64,000 nt of DNA, from contig JAZDFD010000034.1 of the NCBI GenBank assembly GCA_043808155.1, positions 739 through 64,738 of the forward strand. The letters are read 5' to 3'. The DNA is from Candidatus Iainarchaeum sp. GTDB lineage: Archaea > Iainarchaeota > Iainarchaeia > Iainarchaeales > JAZDFD01. Numbering within the stretch: the first letter of the stretch is position 1; the number at the start of each line of letters is the position of its first letter. This document shows, piece by piece, positions 55,380-64,000 of this stretch. Both the position numbers and the translations under genes were made by a program. The notes beneath the pieces were generated by a model, which saw nothing but the letters and a program-made list of their open reading frames with translations, was not told where the DNA came from and searched no databases.

Positions 55380-55917
55380 AAGTGAGTTTATGGAAGATTT
55401 GGAAGAGGCATTAGTCCTAGACACTAGAAGGAAGATTTACAAAACAATTGAAGCATCTCCTGGTTTGCATTTTCGGGAGATTCAGAGAAGGACGGGAATG
55501 GCGATTGGAAGTCTGCAGTATCATTTAGAACAGCTGGAAAAGAAAAATTTAATACACGCACAAAAAGAAACAAAATTCATCCGTTATTACGCGGTAAGAC
55601 AAACTCTAACCGCGGACAAAAATATGATTTCACTTCTAAGACAGGATAGTGTCAGAAAAATAGTGCTCTTTCTGCTTGAAAATAAAGCAGTCAATAATCA
55701 AAAACTTTCAAAAGCAATAAATCTTTCGCCATCCACAACCTCGTGGCATTTGGAAAAATTACTTTCACAAGGTGTAGTTGAGAAAAGAAAACGCGGAAGA
55801 AAAACTTTCTTTAAAATTTCAAATCCTAATGAAATTGCTGCAATTCTTATTGGACATAAAAAGAGCTTTCTGGATGAACTTGTTGATAATTTTGCAGAAG
55901 TCTGGGAAGAAATTTAA
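55357..55917 (+). CDS. winged-helix (ArsR-like) transcriptional regulator with two wHTH units
   Basis: RRKIYKTIEASPGLHFREIQRRTGMAIGSLQYHLEQLEKKNLI and KIVLFLLENKAVNNQKLSKAINLSPSTTSWHLEKLLSQGVV. Confidence 0.65.
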   Translation: MLQSSKNRSEFMEDLEEALVLDTRRKIYKTIEASPGLHFREIQRRTGMAIGSLQYHLEQLEKKNLIHAQKETKFIRYYAVRQTLTADKNMISLLRQDSVRKIVLFLLENKAVNNQKLSKAINLSPSTTSWHLEKLLSQGVVEKRKRGRKTFFKISNPNEIAAILIGHKKSFLDELVDNFAEVWEEI

Positions 55918-55954
55918 ATTTGCACAAAACAAGGCTTAATTTTCCAATAATGCA

Positions 55955-57511
55955 ATGTTTCTATTCTCACTTTCTACATCTCTAAGGCAAGATTTTTATT
56001 CTCACGTTCTTTTATATTACTCTATGATTGAAACCGGAGTTCTTCCAATTACCTTAATTGGAATTGTAATTATAATTGCACTTGGCCTAAGTATAATTTC
56101 GAAAAGAATGGGTCAAAATCCGGTTTTGGGTTTCATACTTGCAGGATTTCTACTGGGCCCATTTGCATTAGGTTTGTTGAAACCAACTGATGAGCTTGTA
56201 AGAGTTTTTGCAGATTTGGGTTTGTTCGTGCTTCTGTTTTATTTGGGACTGGAACTCTCACTCAAAGATTTTCTTAAGGCAGGAACTTCAGGGGTTGGTT
56301 TAGCAATAATCAACATGCTTGGTCTCACATTTGTTGGTTTTGTAATCATGCAGTTGCTTGGCTTCTCATTCATGCTTTCGATTCTTGTGGGATTCATGCT
56401 TTTCTGCACAAGTACTGCTGTTGTTGCAAAGTTTGTAATTGATAAAAATATTATCGAAAAACCATCATCAAAATTAGCTTTATCAATTCTCATAATGCAG
56501 GATTTCTTTGGAATTTTGCTTTTGGTATTTGTAACAAGTTTTGCGCCTTTGTCTGAAATTTCGCCACTTGGTCTTACTTTGAATGCAATAGTTTTTGCAG
56601 TAGCGTCTTTTGTTGCAGTTTATGAAATGGCAAGTGTTGTTGAGAAATGGTTAGTTTCACATAAATTCGGACATGTTGAAATGACTTTGTTTGCTTTAGG
56701 TGTTGGTTTAATTGTTGCAACAATTGCTGAAATGATTGGCTTATCGCTTGCATTGGGTGCATATTTTACTGGTTTTGCTTTGGCTGAAACACATACTGGC
56801 AGAAAAATAAAAGCAGATATCAATTTTATGCGTGATTTTTTTCTTGTGTTCTTCTTTGTTGGGTTTGGAACGACTTTATTTTATAATGCAGATTTAGCAG
56901 TTCAAATTTTTCCGCCATTAACAGATGTCTTGTTTTACATATTTATTGGCCTAGCTTTGGCAATAGGTGCCATAATAATAAATATTTTGGTTTTTGGAAT
57001 ATTTGGATCTTATTTTGGATTAACAGATGAAGATTCAAGCACTACTGGAATTTTATTAATGCCACTTGGTGAGTTTGTTGTAATTATTGCTGCTGCAGCA
57101 ATGGCTGTACTTACTGGTGCTGAGAAAACAATGATTGCACCAATTGCATTTATGGTAATTCTTGTAACTGTTGTTTTATTCCAACCTGTTTACAATTTGC
57201 GTGAATTACACAGAAAAATTGTTGCAATGGTCCCCAAACCTTTCAAACACAATGAAGTTACACAATTAAGACATGTTGATTCAAAAGCAATGAAAGATTT
57301 GAAAACAGTTGTGTTTAATTTATTTATCATTTTATGCTTAGCGTGGATAACTTTTATCCTTTACATGGATTTGCCTGTTTTCGGAGTTCAAATTGAAGGT
57401 TTGAGACTAACTGTTGCAATTGTAGCATTTTTGCTTTTTGCAGCATTCCCTGTTTTTAAAAGTTTCAATGCAATGAAAAATGTTTTCGCACATGCCGGAG
57501 ATTTGAAATAA
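55955..57511 (+). CDS. monovalent cation:proton antiporter (CPA2/Kef-type); likely start near 56024 (MIETG)
   Basis: About 12 TM helices. Motifs GQNPVLGFILAGFLLGP, LFYLGLELSLKDF and LIMQDFFGILLL are typical of Na_H_Exchanger family proteins. Confidence 0.75.
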   Translation: MFLFSLSTSLRQDFYSHVLLYYSMIETGVLPITLIGIVIIIALGLSIISKRMGQNPVLGFILAGFLLGPFALGLLKPTDELVRVFADLGLFVLLFYLGLELSLKDFLKAGTSGVGLAIINMLGLTFVGFVIMQLLGFSFMLSILVGFMLFCTSTAVVAKFVIDKNIIEKPSSKLALSILIMQDFFGILLLVFVTSFAPLSEISPLGLTLNAIVFAVASFVAVYEMASVVEKWLVSHKFGHVEMTLFALGVGLIVATIAEMIGLSLALGAYFTGFALAETHTGRKIKADINFMRDFFLVFFFVGFGTTLFYNADLAVQIFPPLTDVLFYIFIGLALAIGAIIINILVFGIFGSYFGLTDEDSSTTGILLMPLGEFVVIIAAAAMAVLTGAEKTMIAPIAFMVILVTVVLFQPVYNLRELHRKIVAMVPKPFKHNEVTQLRHVDSKAMKDLKTVVFNLFIILCLAWITFILYMDLPVFGVQIEGLRLTVAIVAFLLFAAFPVFKSFNAMKNVFAHAGDLK

Positions 57512-57523
57512 AGTGAGTTTCTA

Positions 57524-58414
57524 ATGATTAACAAAAAGAAGCCTGAACTTCGCAAACGCGGAACTAAAAAATACACATTTCTGGACAGACAAAAAGAAAT
57601 ACTCACTGCAGTTAGTGGTGCGTTCAAAACTACTAACATTCCCAAAAACATTCAACATGAGCTTATTGAACTTAATCTTAATCATCCGCACGAAATCCCT
57701 ATACCGAAAACCAGCAATTCAGGAACCATCCAAAAAGTTGCAAAACCCCCATCACTCCCCACTCATGAACATTTAAAGTCACTGACATATTGGAGGCTCC
57801 CTTTGAGTGAAAGAAAAAAAGCAAACATAACACGTTCAAGTTCTGACGCAAATCCCACACTTCAGTTACAAAGGCTCATTCTTGATAATACTTATGATAA
57901 ATTTATTAAAAGAAAAAGTTCAAAATTAGGTAAAACTTTTTTTAAATCAGGTGCAGTTAATGATTTACCTTCTGTTTCAAACATTTTATTACTGTCAACA
58001 AGACTACTAGCTGATTCGTTTGAAGAATTCCCGGTTTTAGATTTCGTTACTCCTGCGTTTTTAGTTCATGCGAACTATCTTTTTTTGAAAGATAGTTTAA
58101 GTCCAGATGTGCAGAAACACATCACTAAAAACCCGCGCAGGGTAAAAAAAATGCTTGATGAACTTAATGATTTTGTTAATGAAGAAATAGGTGTTCTAAG
58201 AAATGAACTTTTAAAAGAATACAACCAATTGTCTTTAATTAAAAAACAGCTTGCGGAAAAAGGCATTGTTATGACTGACTCGGAACTTGATGAATGCAGG
58301 CAGTTTTTGAACGCCGCCCCTCTGCTTAATCTTTTAGAGGCCGAAAAACACATTCACTTAATAACAGAAATTGCAGAACATTTCATGCTGATAGTAATGG
58401 AAGAAAAGCAATAA
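57524..58414 (+). CDS. hypothetical protein (296 aa)
   Basis: Long ORF following the antiporter gene. No motif recognised. Confidence 0.4.
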   Translation: MINKKKPELRKRGTKKYTFLDRQKEILTAVSGAFKTTNIPKNIQHELIELNLNHPHEIPIPKTSNSGTIQKVAKPPSLPTHEHLKSLTYWRLPLSERKKANITRSSSDANPTLQLQRLILDNTYDKFIKRKSSKLGKTFFKSGAVNDLPSVSNILLLSTRLLADSFEEFPVLDFVTPAFLVHANYLFLKDSLSPDVQKHITKNPRRVKKMLDELNDFVNEEIGVLRNELLKEYNQLSLIKKQLAEKGIVMTDSELDECRQFLNAAPLLNLLEAEKHIHLITEIAEHFMLIVMEEKQ

Positions 58415-58519
58415 CTAAATTATTGCGTGCAAATACTCACTTATTTCTTGTACATAATCAATTACTATTTGCAAGTACCACTTATCGCTTGCAATTACCG
58501 GCTTACTAATCGCAATTAA

Positions 58520-58756
58520 TCAATTACAGCTTTGCACTTCAAAACCCTTGTCATCTATGCATTTGTAACAGGAATCAAGCTGGGTTTCCATTAAATCTAC
58601 TTTCACAGTGCATGATTCATAATTTTCTGCAATTTTGTTGTTGATTATGGGCTCAACCACATAATGCCCTGCAAGTATTCCGAGTATTATACCCAAAATA
58701 AGTATTGAAATAAAAATCACTTTTTTTGAACTCCAAAAACCTTCGCCATCAAACAT
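58520..58756 (-). CDS. small membrane-anchored protein with 4 Cys (78 aa)
   Basis: One N-terminal TM helix (VIFISILILGIILGILAG). C-terminal Cys residues. Confidence 0.4.
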   Translation of the reverse strand: MFDGEGFWSSKKVIFISILILGIILGILAGHYVVEPIINNKIAENYESCTVKVDLMETQLDSCYKCIDDKGFEVQSCN

Positions 58757-58777
58757 TTAATCACACAGTTTTAATTG

Positions 58778-59728
58778 TCACTCATGTATTTTTAGTTTTG
58801 TTCCATCTGAAAGTAAAATTACTCTGCTTATTTCTGATTTGTCTGCTAAATTATATTCTAACACATTATTAAGTTTTTGTGCAAATTCTTCGATTTCTTT
58901 GAAATAAGGCATTCCTTTAGTGCCAACACGTTTTCTTGAAAATCCAAGTGCCATGTATGCTTTTAATTCAACAAAATTTGGTTTTGCTTTTGCAATAAGT
59001 TCTGCATATTCTTCTGCGTTTTTCATATTCAGTCCGCGTGTTAAAGTTAATCTTATTGTTGATCTTTTAAATTTTTTAAGCAGTGAGAGACTTTTGTTTA
59101 TGTTTTTCCAGTAATTAATTCCTTCAAGTGGATTGCAACTTTTCAGGAATGTTTCTTCATTTGGTGCAGGGAGCGTGATATACATTTGTGTAGGATTCTT
59201 TTTTACAAGTTTTTCAATCATATCAGGTTGCGTACCATTCGAAACAACAAAAGAAGTAATGTCTCGTTTGTGAAGCTCATCAATCATTTCAGGGAGTTTA
59301 GGATATAATGTTGGTTCTCCTGAAAGTGAAATTGCAAACTGATTAGGATTCATAGCTTCTTCAAATCTTTTTTTGTTTACGTTTGCATAGCCTTTGTAAC
59401 CAATTAAAAGTTCTCTTTGTGCATCAATGCATCCATCAATAATGTCCGTGGGATCATCAATTGTTCCTGTCCATTCTTTTTCAGCATAAGAAATATCTCT
59501 CCAGCACCACTGGCATCTTAATGGGCAGAAGCCCAATGAAGGAGTCATCTGCACGCATCGCCATGAGGGTATGCCATAAAATAAATATTTGTAGCATTCG
59601 CCTTCATCTCTTAATGAATTTCTGCACCAAAGACAAGTTTTTATTGCAGAATGATTACCCACAAAACGATAACCCTGTTTATAAAGCTGGTTTTTGGTTT
59701 CTTCTGAAAGCATTAGGAAATTGCGCAC
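58778..59728 (-). CDS. taw1: tRNA 4-demethylwyosine synthase Taw1 (TYW1, radical SAM)
   Basis: LYKQGYRFVGNHSAIKTCLWC, CYK..FYGI.SWRCVQMTP, radical SAM cluster CPLRCQWCWR. Confidence 0.85.
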   Translation of the reverse strand: MRNFLMLSEETKNQLYKQGYRFVGNHSAIKTCLWCRNSLRDEGECYKYLFYGIPSWRCVQMTPSLGFCPLRCQWCWRDISYAEKEWTGTIDDPTDIIDGCIDAQRELLIGYKGYANVNKKRFEEAMNPNQFAISLSGEPTLYPKLPEMIDELHKRDITSFVVSNGTQPDMIEKLVKKNPTQMYITLPAPNEETFLKSCNPLEGINYWKNINKSLSLLKKFKRSTIRLTLTRGLNMKNAEEYAELIAKAKPNFVELKAYMALGFSRKRVGTKGMPYFKEIEEFAQKLNNVLEYNLADKSEISRVILLSDGTKLKIHE

Positions 59729-59747
59729 AGAAAGAATTAAAAGTAAA

Positions 59748-60038
59748 CTATTTTCGTTTTTCTTTTATTTCTGCAGCGATTTCTTCAAAATCAATTTTTT
59801 TAGATGCAAAATGATCTCTTACTATTGAAAGTCCTAATAAGCATGTTAATGCAACAATAATCAGAAAAGCGACTGCAGTCGGATCTGCAAGTGCAATTTG
59901 ATTTAGGAAAATACCATATGCAGAGCCTGCAGATGTTACGGGTTGTTTAACTATGCAACAAACACTATACCATAAAAGAGAAAATGCAACAACAATTAAT
60001 GTAAATGCAAGAACAAAATTTTGGTTTATTTTGCGCAT
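59748..60038 (-). CDS. small membrane protein (96 aa)
   Basis: Two to three hydrophobic helices. No motif recognised. Confidence 0.4.
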   Translation of the reverse strand: MRKINQNFVLAFTLIVVAFSLLWYSVCCIVKQPVTSAGSAYGIFLNQIALADPTAVAFLIIVALTCLLGLSIVRDHFASKKIDFEEIAAEIKEKRK

Positions 60039-60378
60039 AATCTAATGTGGTTTAACTAGAATAAAAGCCTTTTCATTAAAATTTTGGTTAGCTTTGGGCT
60101 AATAACTGATTTAATCGCAATATTACATAACACAAATTTTGCTTTGTGTTAGTATGGTGTGAAGGAAAGCTACATAATCTATCTTATACATAACCATTAA
60201 TCAAAATCTGAAAACACATTGTGTGTCTGTCTAATCTATAATTCACTGCGGAAAACCCATTTTTTGCACTTTTAATCACCAATTGTCTGCTTTTTTTATG
60301 TAGAAACCGATTTGCAAGAGTAAATCTTATAAATAACAACGCACTCTATCTATTAATTATCAATTTTCAGGTGAAACT

Positions 60379-60663
60379 ATGTACAAATACACTATTGCCA
60401 GACAGTTGGCGACTAAAAAGGTCATAACCAATAGGGGAGACGAGGTTGGGAAATTAACAGATCTCTTGGTGAATGAAGTTACTGGGGAAATTGAAAGACT
60501 TCTTGTAGAGTTAGACAGGGAAAGCAAACTTCTGAAAAAAATCGGAACAAAAGAAAGACTTATTGCAATTCCATACTCTGCAGTTACTGCTGTCAGCGAC
60601 GTGTTCATTGTTGATGAACGCGAAATAGAATCCGCTGAAGGCGCAGAAGAATTCTTAAAGTAA
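60379..60663 (+). CDS. PRC-barrel domain protein
   Basis: LATKKVITNRGDEVGKLTDLLVNEVTGEIERLLVE...IPYSAVTAVSDVFIV. Confidence 0.6.
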   Translation: MYKYTIARQLATKKVITNRGDEVGKLTDLLVNEVTGEIERLLVELDRESKLLKKIGTKERLIAIPYSAVTAVSDVFIVDEREIESAEGAEEFLK

Positions 60664-60691
60664 GGGTTTATTTTCCCCCCTTCTTTTGCCA

Positions 60692-61837
60692 TCATAGAGT
60701 TAAAACTGCTTTTTTGTTTTTCATATCAATTGATTTGACAAAATGATATTTTGAAATAATTTCTTTTTGAATTTCCTTTTCCGGAATTTTTTTTACTGCT
60801 AATTCATTAATTTTTGAAATAACTTCGTCAACTTTCTGATAGTTTTCATAAATAATCTCTGCCTTTCTTCTGCTGTCAGCGATTTTTTGGTTTGTGTTAT
60901 CAATTGCCTCAATTTGCTGATTATGGCTGAATTCAAGTGCGGAAATTCCCTTTTCTGATTTTTTTGTTGCGTCTCTTTCCTGAATTCCCTGAATGTCTTT
61001 TGAAAGAAGCGTATCTAGTGCTAAGGACACACTTTCAAATGTTTTAGAATCTGCAGTTTTTGTTACATTTTCGGGGAACGCTATGTTCGCAGGGAGCAGT
61101 AGTTTATGGTTTTCATTTTCTAAAATAAATGCTTTTGCGTGTGTAAATTCTTTTGGTACATAATATTTTTGTATTGCAGAATAAACTTTTTTAAGTTCCG
61201 GAGTTTTTAATAATGGAAAGTTTTCTTTTTTGTCTATTTTAAGTTCATCACAAATCAGTTCTGCATAAAAAGGAGCAATATTAATCTGTTTTATCAGTGT
61301 TGCTGCAATTCCAAAACCATCTTTTGCAATCTCTTTAAACTCATCAAAACTTATTTCTTCAGGGTTCATTCCTTTCGAAGCAGGAAATTTGTATGTTTCC
61401 CCTTTTTGTAGCTCCCTGTCTTTCCAGCTTTCTTTTCTAAACGCCATCAAAATTTCATAATTTTTATCTGTGAGAATTATATTACCCTTTGCAAATAATT
61501 CAAAAATCAGATAGTTCTGTTCAAATTCAAAAACAACTACTCTGTCAAATCCTTTCTGTTCAATTTTCAGAATTCTTCTGTTGAAAAGATGCTTTTTCAG
61601 AAATGCAGAAAAACCACTGCTGTGCATTTTTGCAGGTATGCTGTATTGTGTGAAATAAATCACAGTAGGTGAGGCAATCAAATCTTTAGTTCCCTCTTTT
61701 GTGTGCACTTTAATTTTCAGCCACTGATTTGGAAGTGTCTGAATCTTATTAATGTGTGAATTTTCTGCAAGTAATTTGATTTCCTCCACTAAATAGCGGA
61801 GTGTCAGGTTTGTAATTTCAATTTCCATACTAATCAC
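60692..61837 (-). CDS. NFACT-N domain protein (Rqc2/NEMF/FbpA homolog), apparently lacking the NFACT-R/C-terminal part; likely start ATG 61828
   Basis: GFDRVVVFEFEQNYLIFELFAKGNIILTDKNYEIL...DRELQKGETYKFP matches the NFACT-N core. The ORF ends inside the coiled-coil region. Confidence 0.7.
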   Translation of the reverse strand: MISMEIEITNLTLRYLVEEIKLLAENSHINKIQTLPNQWLKIKVHTKEGTKDLIASPTVIYFTQYSIPAKMHSSGFSAFLKKHLFNRRILKIEQKGFDRVVVFEFEQNYLIFELFAKGNIILTDKNYEILMAFRKESWKDRELQKGETYKFPASKGMNPEEISFDEFKEIAKDGFGIAATLIKQINIAPFYAELICDELKIDKKENFPLLKTPELKKVYSAIQKYYVPKEFTHAKAFILENENHKLLLPANIAFPENVTKTADSKTFESVSLALDTLLSKDIQGIQERDATKKSEKGISALEFSHNQQIEAIDNTNQKIADSRRKAEIIYENYQKVDEVISKINELAVKKIPEKEIQKEIISKYHFVKSIDMKNKKAVLTL

Positions 61838-62511
61838 ACAAAATGTATTGGCCAGCCTTTAAGTCTCTTTCTGTAAAATTTTTTTCTCTCATTAATTTTT
61901 TCTTTGTCAGTAAGTTCAGCATTTATTTCAATATTAATGCATAGTATTTGGTTAGAATGTGCTCTCTTAACAAAAGCCAAACGCTCCCCCACATCACCCC
62001 TTATCGTCATGGGAGCCATAATTTCCAATGAATATCTGTCATGCTTCATTACTCTTGAGTCATAGGCGAATCCCATTGCTTTTCTTGAGTTAGTATAAAC
62101 ATTTGGGTTCTGGCGACCCCAAAAACCAATCTTCAAAATCCAATTCAAGTGTTGAAAAGAATCTATTTTAGAAGATGTAATCCCATGCGTAACAGGAAAC
62201 TGACCTACAAAAATTTTACCGTTCGGGCGTATAACCACTTTGAGTTGAATCAATCTCTCACTTATACTCAAGTCTACAAAACCCTCTGTTTTTTGTTCCT
62301 TTGTCATTTCCTCAATTTTAGAAATAATATTTTTTTGCAATTTCTCAAGAGTTTTTTTTGATTTTTCTATGTCTTTAAAAACAGGGTCTAATCCTTTGAG
62401 TGAAGCATGGGCTTTTTCAACAGAATGCTCTCTGAGCTGTTTTTCAGTACCAAAAAAGAAAGCATATGGTTTGAAACCCCGTCTCCTTGTGATAACTTTG
62501 CGTATTGGCAT
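61834..62511 (-). CDS. hypothetical protein (225 aa), translationally coupled upstream of the NFACT-N gene
   Basis: Stop TGA at 61834-61836 lies 5 nt before ATG 61828 of the NFACT-N ORF. No motif recognised. Confidence 0.4.
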   Translation of the reverse strand: MPIRKVITRRRGFKPYAFFFGTEKQLREHSVEKAHASLKGLDPVFKDIEKSKKTLEKLQKNIISKIEEMTKEQKTEGFVDLSISERLIQLKVVIRPNGKIFVGQFPVTHGITSSKIDSFQHLNWILKIGFWGRQNPNVYTNSRKAMGFAYDSRVMKHDRYSLEIMAPMTIRGDVGERLAFVKRAHSNQILCINIEINAELTDKEKINERKKFYRKRLKGWPIHFV

Positions 62512-62565
62512 ATTACCTAATTAGTGTTTTATTACTTTAAATAATTGAGTATATAGTCTGCTATT

Positions 62566-63756
62566 TTATTTCAGGTATTTCAGCATGAGTTTTGCTAATT
62601 CAGGGTGTTTTATAAGCTTCTTTGAAATCATTGCTGCGGAATCAAGAAGATTCCCCTTTGTCATCAGCATTACATCTTCACCAGTTAATGCATTTCCCAG
62701 TGTTTCAAAATCAGGGTCTTTAAGATTTTCAAGCATGTAACGCATTTTCAGGATTTTCATTAAGCGATTCCCAGATTTATCATACCATATTTTGTTGTAT
62801 TCTTGCAAAACATCATGTGAGAAATTCTTTTTTGCAAATGCAGTTTCTGCAACATCTGCGGCAATTAAACCTGCTTCCATTGCAATTCCCATGCCTCCGC
62901 CGTGAATTGGGTTAACTTGATGTGCTGCATCACCAATAATCATTAAATTGTCTGCGCACATGTCTTCTAAAAATCCGCCAACTGGAATTGCACCTGCATT
63001 GACTTCAATAATAGAACCTTTTTCTAAACCTGGTTGGGTTGCAACCCATTTGTCAAGATATTCTTTTGCAGATTTTACTTCTGTTCCGCCAATGCCTATA
63101 CCTACGTTTGCATGGTCCTCACCCTTTGGAAAAATCCATAGATATCCTCTAGGCGCAACATCTGTCCCAAACCACAAACTAATAAGGTCTGGGTCGTCAA
63201 AATCAATATTTGTCATTTCATACTGGTAACCTGAATCAATATCATTCAGTTTGTTTACTGTATTCACACCTAATCTTCTTGCAGTCTGAGTTTCAACTCC
63301 GTCTGCTGCAATAATCAAAGGTGCAGAATATTCTTCATTTCCTTTTGGTCCGCGAATAGAAACATTAACTTTTCCATTTTCACGTTTCAAATCTAAGACA
63401 TTTGATTTAACACGGATTGTAGCCCCTGCTTTTGCAGCTTTGAATGCTAATTCTTTTTCAAAAATTCTTCGTTCAATAACATAACCTGCAGTATCTGGAA
63501 ATCTTAGTTCAACTTTTTTCCCTGACGGTGTGTATAATGCTGCTCCCTCAATTTCTTGGACAGCCCATCTTTTGTCTGGCTCAATTCCAAGTTTGTTCAT
63601 CCAGTTTAAACCTAAACCTTCACCGCATCTTTTGGGAACTCCAATTTCCTGTTTCTTATCTACGCACAAAACATTCAGATTTTTGTTTGCAAGTTTTTCA
63701 GAAGTATAAAGCCCAGCTGGACCAGCACCAACAATAATAACATCAAACTTTTCCAT
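62566..63756 (-). CDS. geranylgeranyl reductase (digeranylgeranylglycerophospholipid reductase family flavoprotein)
   Basis: FAD fold FDVIIVGAGPAGL, RCGEG, GDAAHQVNPIHGGGMG. Confidence 0.85.
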   Translation of the reverse strand: MEKFDVIIVGAGPAGLYTSEKLANKNLNVLCVDKKQEIGVPKRCGEGLGLNWMNKLGIEPDKRWAVQEIEGAALYTPSGKKVELRFPDTAGYVIERRIFEKELAFKAAKAGATIRVKSNVLDLKRENGKVNVSIRGPKGNEEYSAPLIIAADGVETQTARRLGVNTVNKLNDIDSGYQYEMTNIDFDDPDLISLWFGTDVAPRGYLWIFPKGEDHANVGIGIGGTEVKSAKEYLDKWVATQPGLEKGSIIEVNAGAIPVGGFLEDMCADNLMIIGDAAHQVNPIHGGGMGIAMEAGLIAADVAETAFAKKNFSHDVLQEYNKIWYDKSGNRLMKILKMRYMLENLKDPDFETLGNALTGEDVMLMTKGNLLDSAAMISKKLIKHPELAKLMLKYLK

Positions 63757-63763
63757 ACCAACA

Positions 63764-63949
63764 CTACTCCTTCTTTTCCATTGCCATTACTGGGCAAATC
63801 CTTATGCATGCTCCGCAGTTTATACATTTTTCATTATCAATTACAATTTTGGTTTCATCCAAAGTTATTGCATTAACAGGGCATACTGCTACGCAACCCC
63901 CGCAATAACAGCATAGTTTTTGGTTATTATCAATCATGTTATCACTCAC
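63764..63949 (-). CDS. 2x[4Fe-4S] ferredoxin
   Basis: CCYCGGCVAVCP and CINCGACIRICP motifs. Lies directly upstream of the reductase gene. Confidence 0.85.
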   Translation of the reverse strand: MSDNMIDNNQKLCCYCGGCVAVCPVNAITLDETKIVIDNEKCINCGACIRICPVMAMEKKE

Positions 63950-64000
63950 TCATTATTCCTGAAAAACATTTTTAATATATCCATTCCCCCGGCTATTATG

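Noticed and set aside
1-64000. Looked for CRISPR arrays, rRNA genes, transposases/IS elements and tRNA introns
   Set aside because: No regularly spaced direct repeats, no rRNA-like conserved stretches and no transposase-like ORFs were seen. All seven tRNAs fold without introns.

Overview
AT-rich (about one-third G+C by eye) archaeal chromosome segment. The gene content fits a small-genome, DPANN-like archaeon. Archaeal markers are Hjc resolvase, archaeal DnaG, RadA, RPA, TFE, aIF6, class I LysRS, Pth2, aTrm56, Taw1, GGGP synthase, geranylgeranyl reductase plus ferredoxin, RNase P protein Rpp21, and the conserved S19e-PDCD5-L39e-L31e-aIF6-LX-prefoldin alpha-FtsY cluster. SRP54 and a clear archaeal SRP (7S) RNA lie nearby. 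I read seven tRNA genes by hand: Val-UAC, Gly-GCC, Gly-UCC, Phe-GAA, Lys-CUU, Lys-UUU and initiator Met. None has an intron or an encoded CCA. Metabolic genes include iscS-iscU, pyruvate kinase, dTMP kinase, serC/serA-like, ribD, tdh-kbl and tpiA. The most unusual features are: (1) a family of GC-rich, hairpin-forming, mosaic sequence modules. They form the 5' leader of tRNA-Val and the 3' trailers of both tRNA-Gly genes, and an orphan inverted copy sits at about 6.0-6.1 kb. Evidence includes a perfect 27-nt inverted identity and compensatory base changes in a shared hairpin. (2) A bacterial-type cluster with a full-length RelA/SpoT homolog (degenerate hydrolase motifs), an HPF/RaiA-like protein and a bacterial-type triosephosphate isomerase. 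(3) An HTH plus Cys/His protein with paired palindromic operator-like sites directly upstream of iscSU. (4) A protein with a 16-residue tandem repeat inserted between ftsY and srp54. (5) A region next to tRNA-iMet with a tyrosine recombinase, a cluster of GTAATTAC palindromes and 22-nt direct repeats. No CRISPR array, rRNA gene or transposase was seen. All calls come from reading the ORF translations and the DNA by eye; no searches were run.
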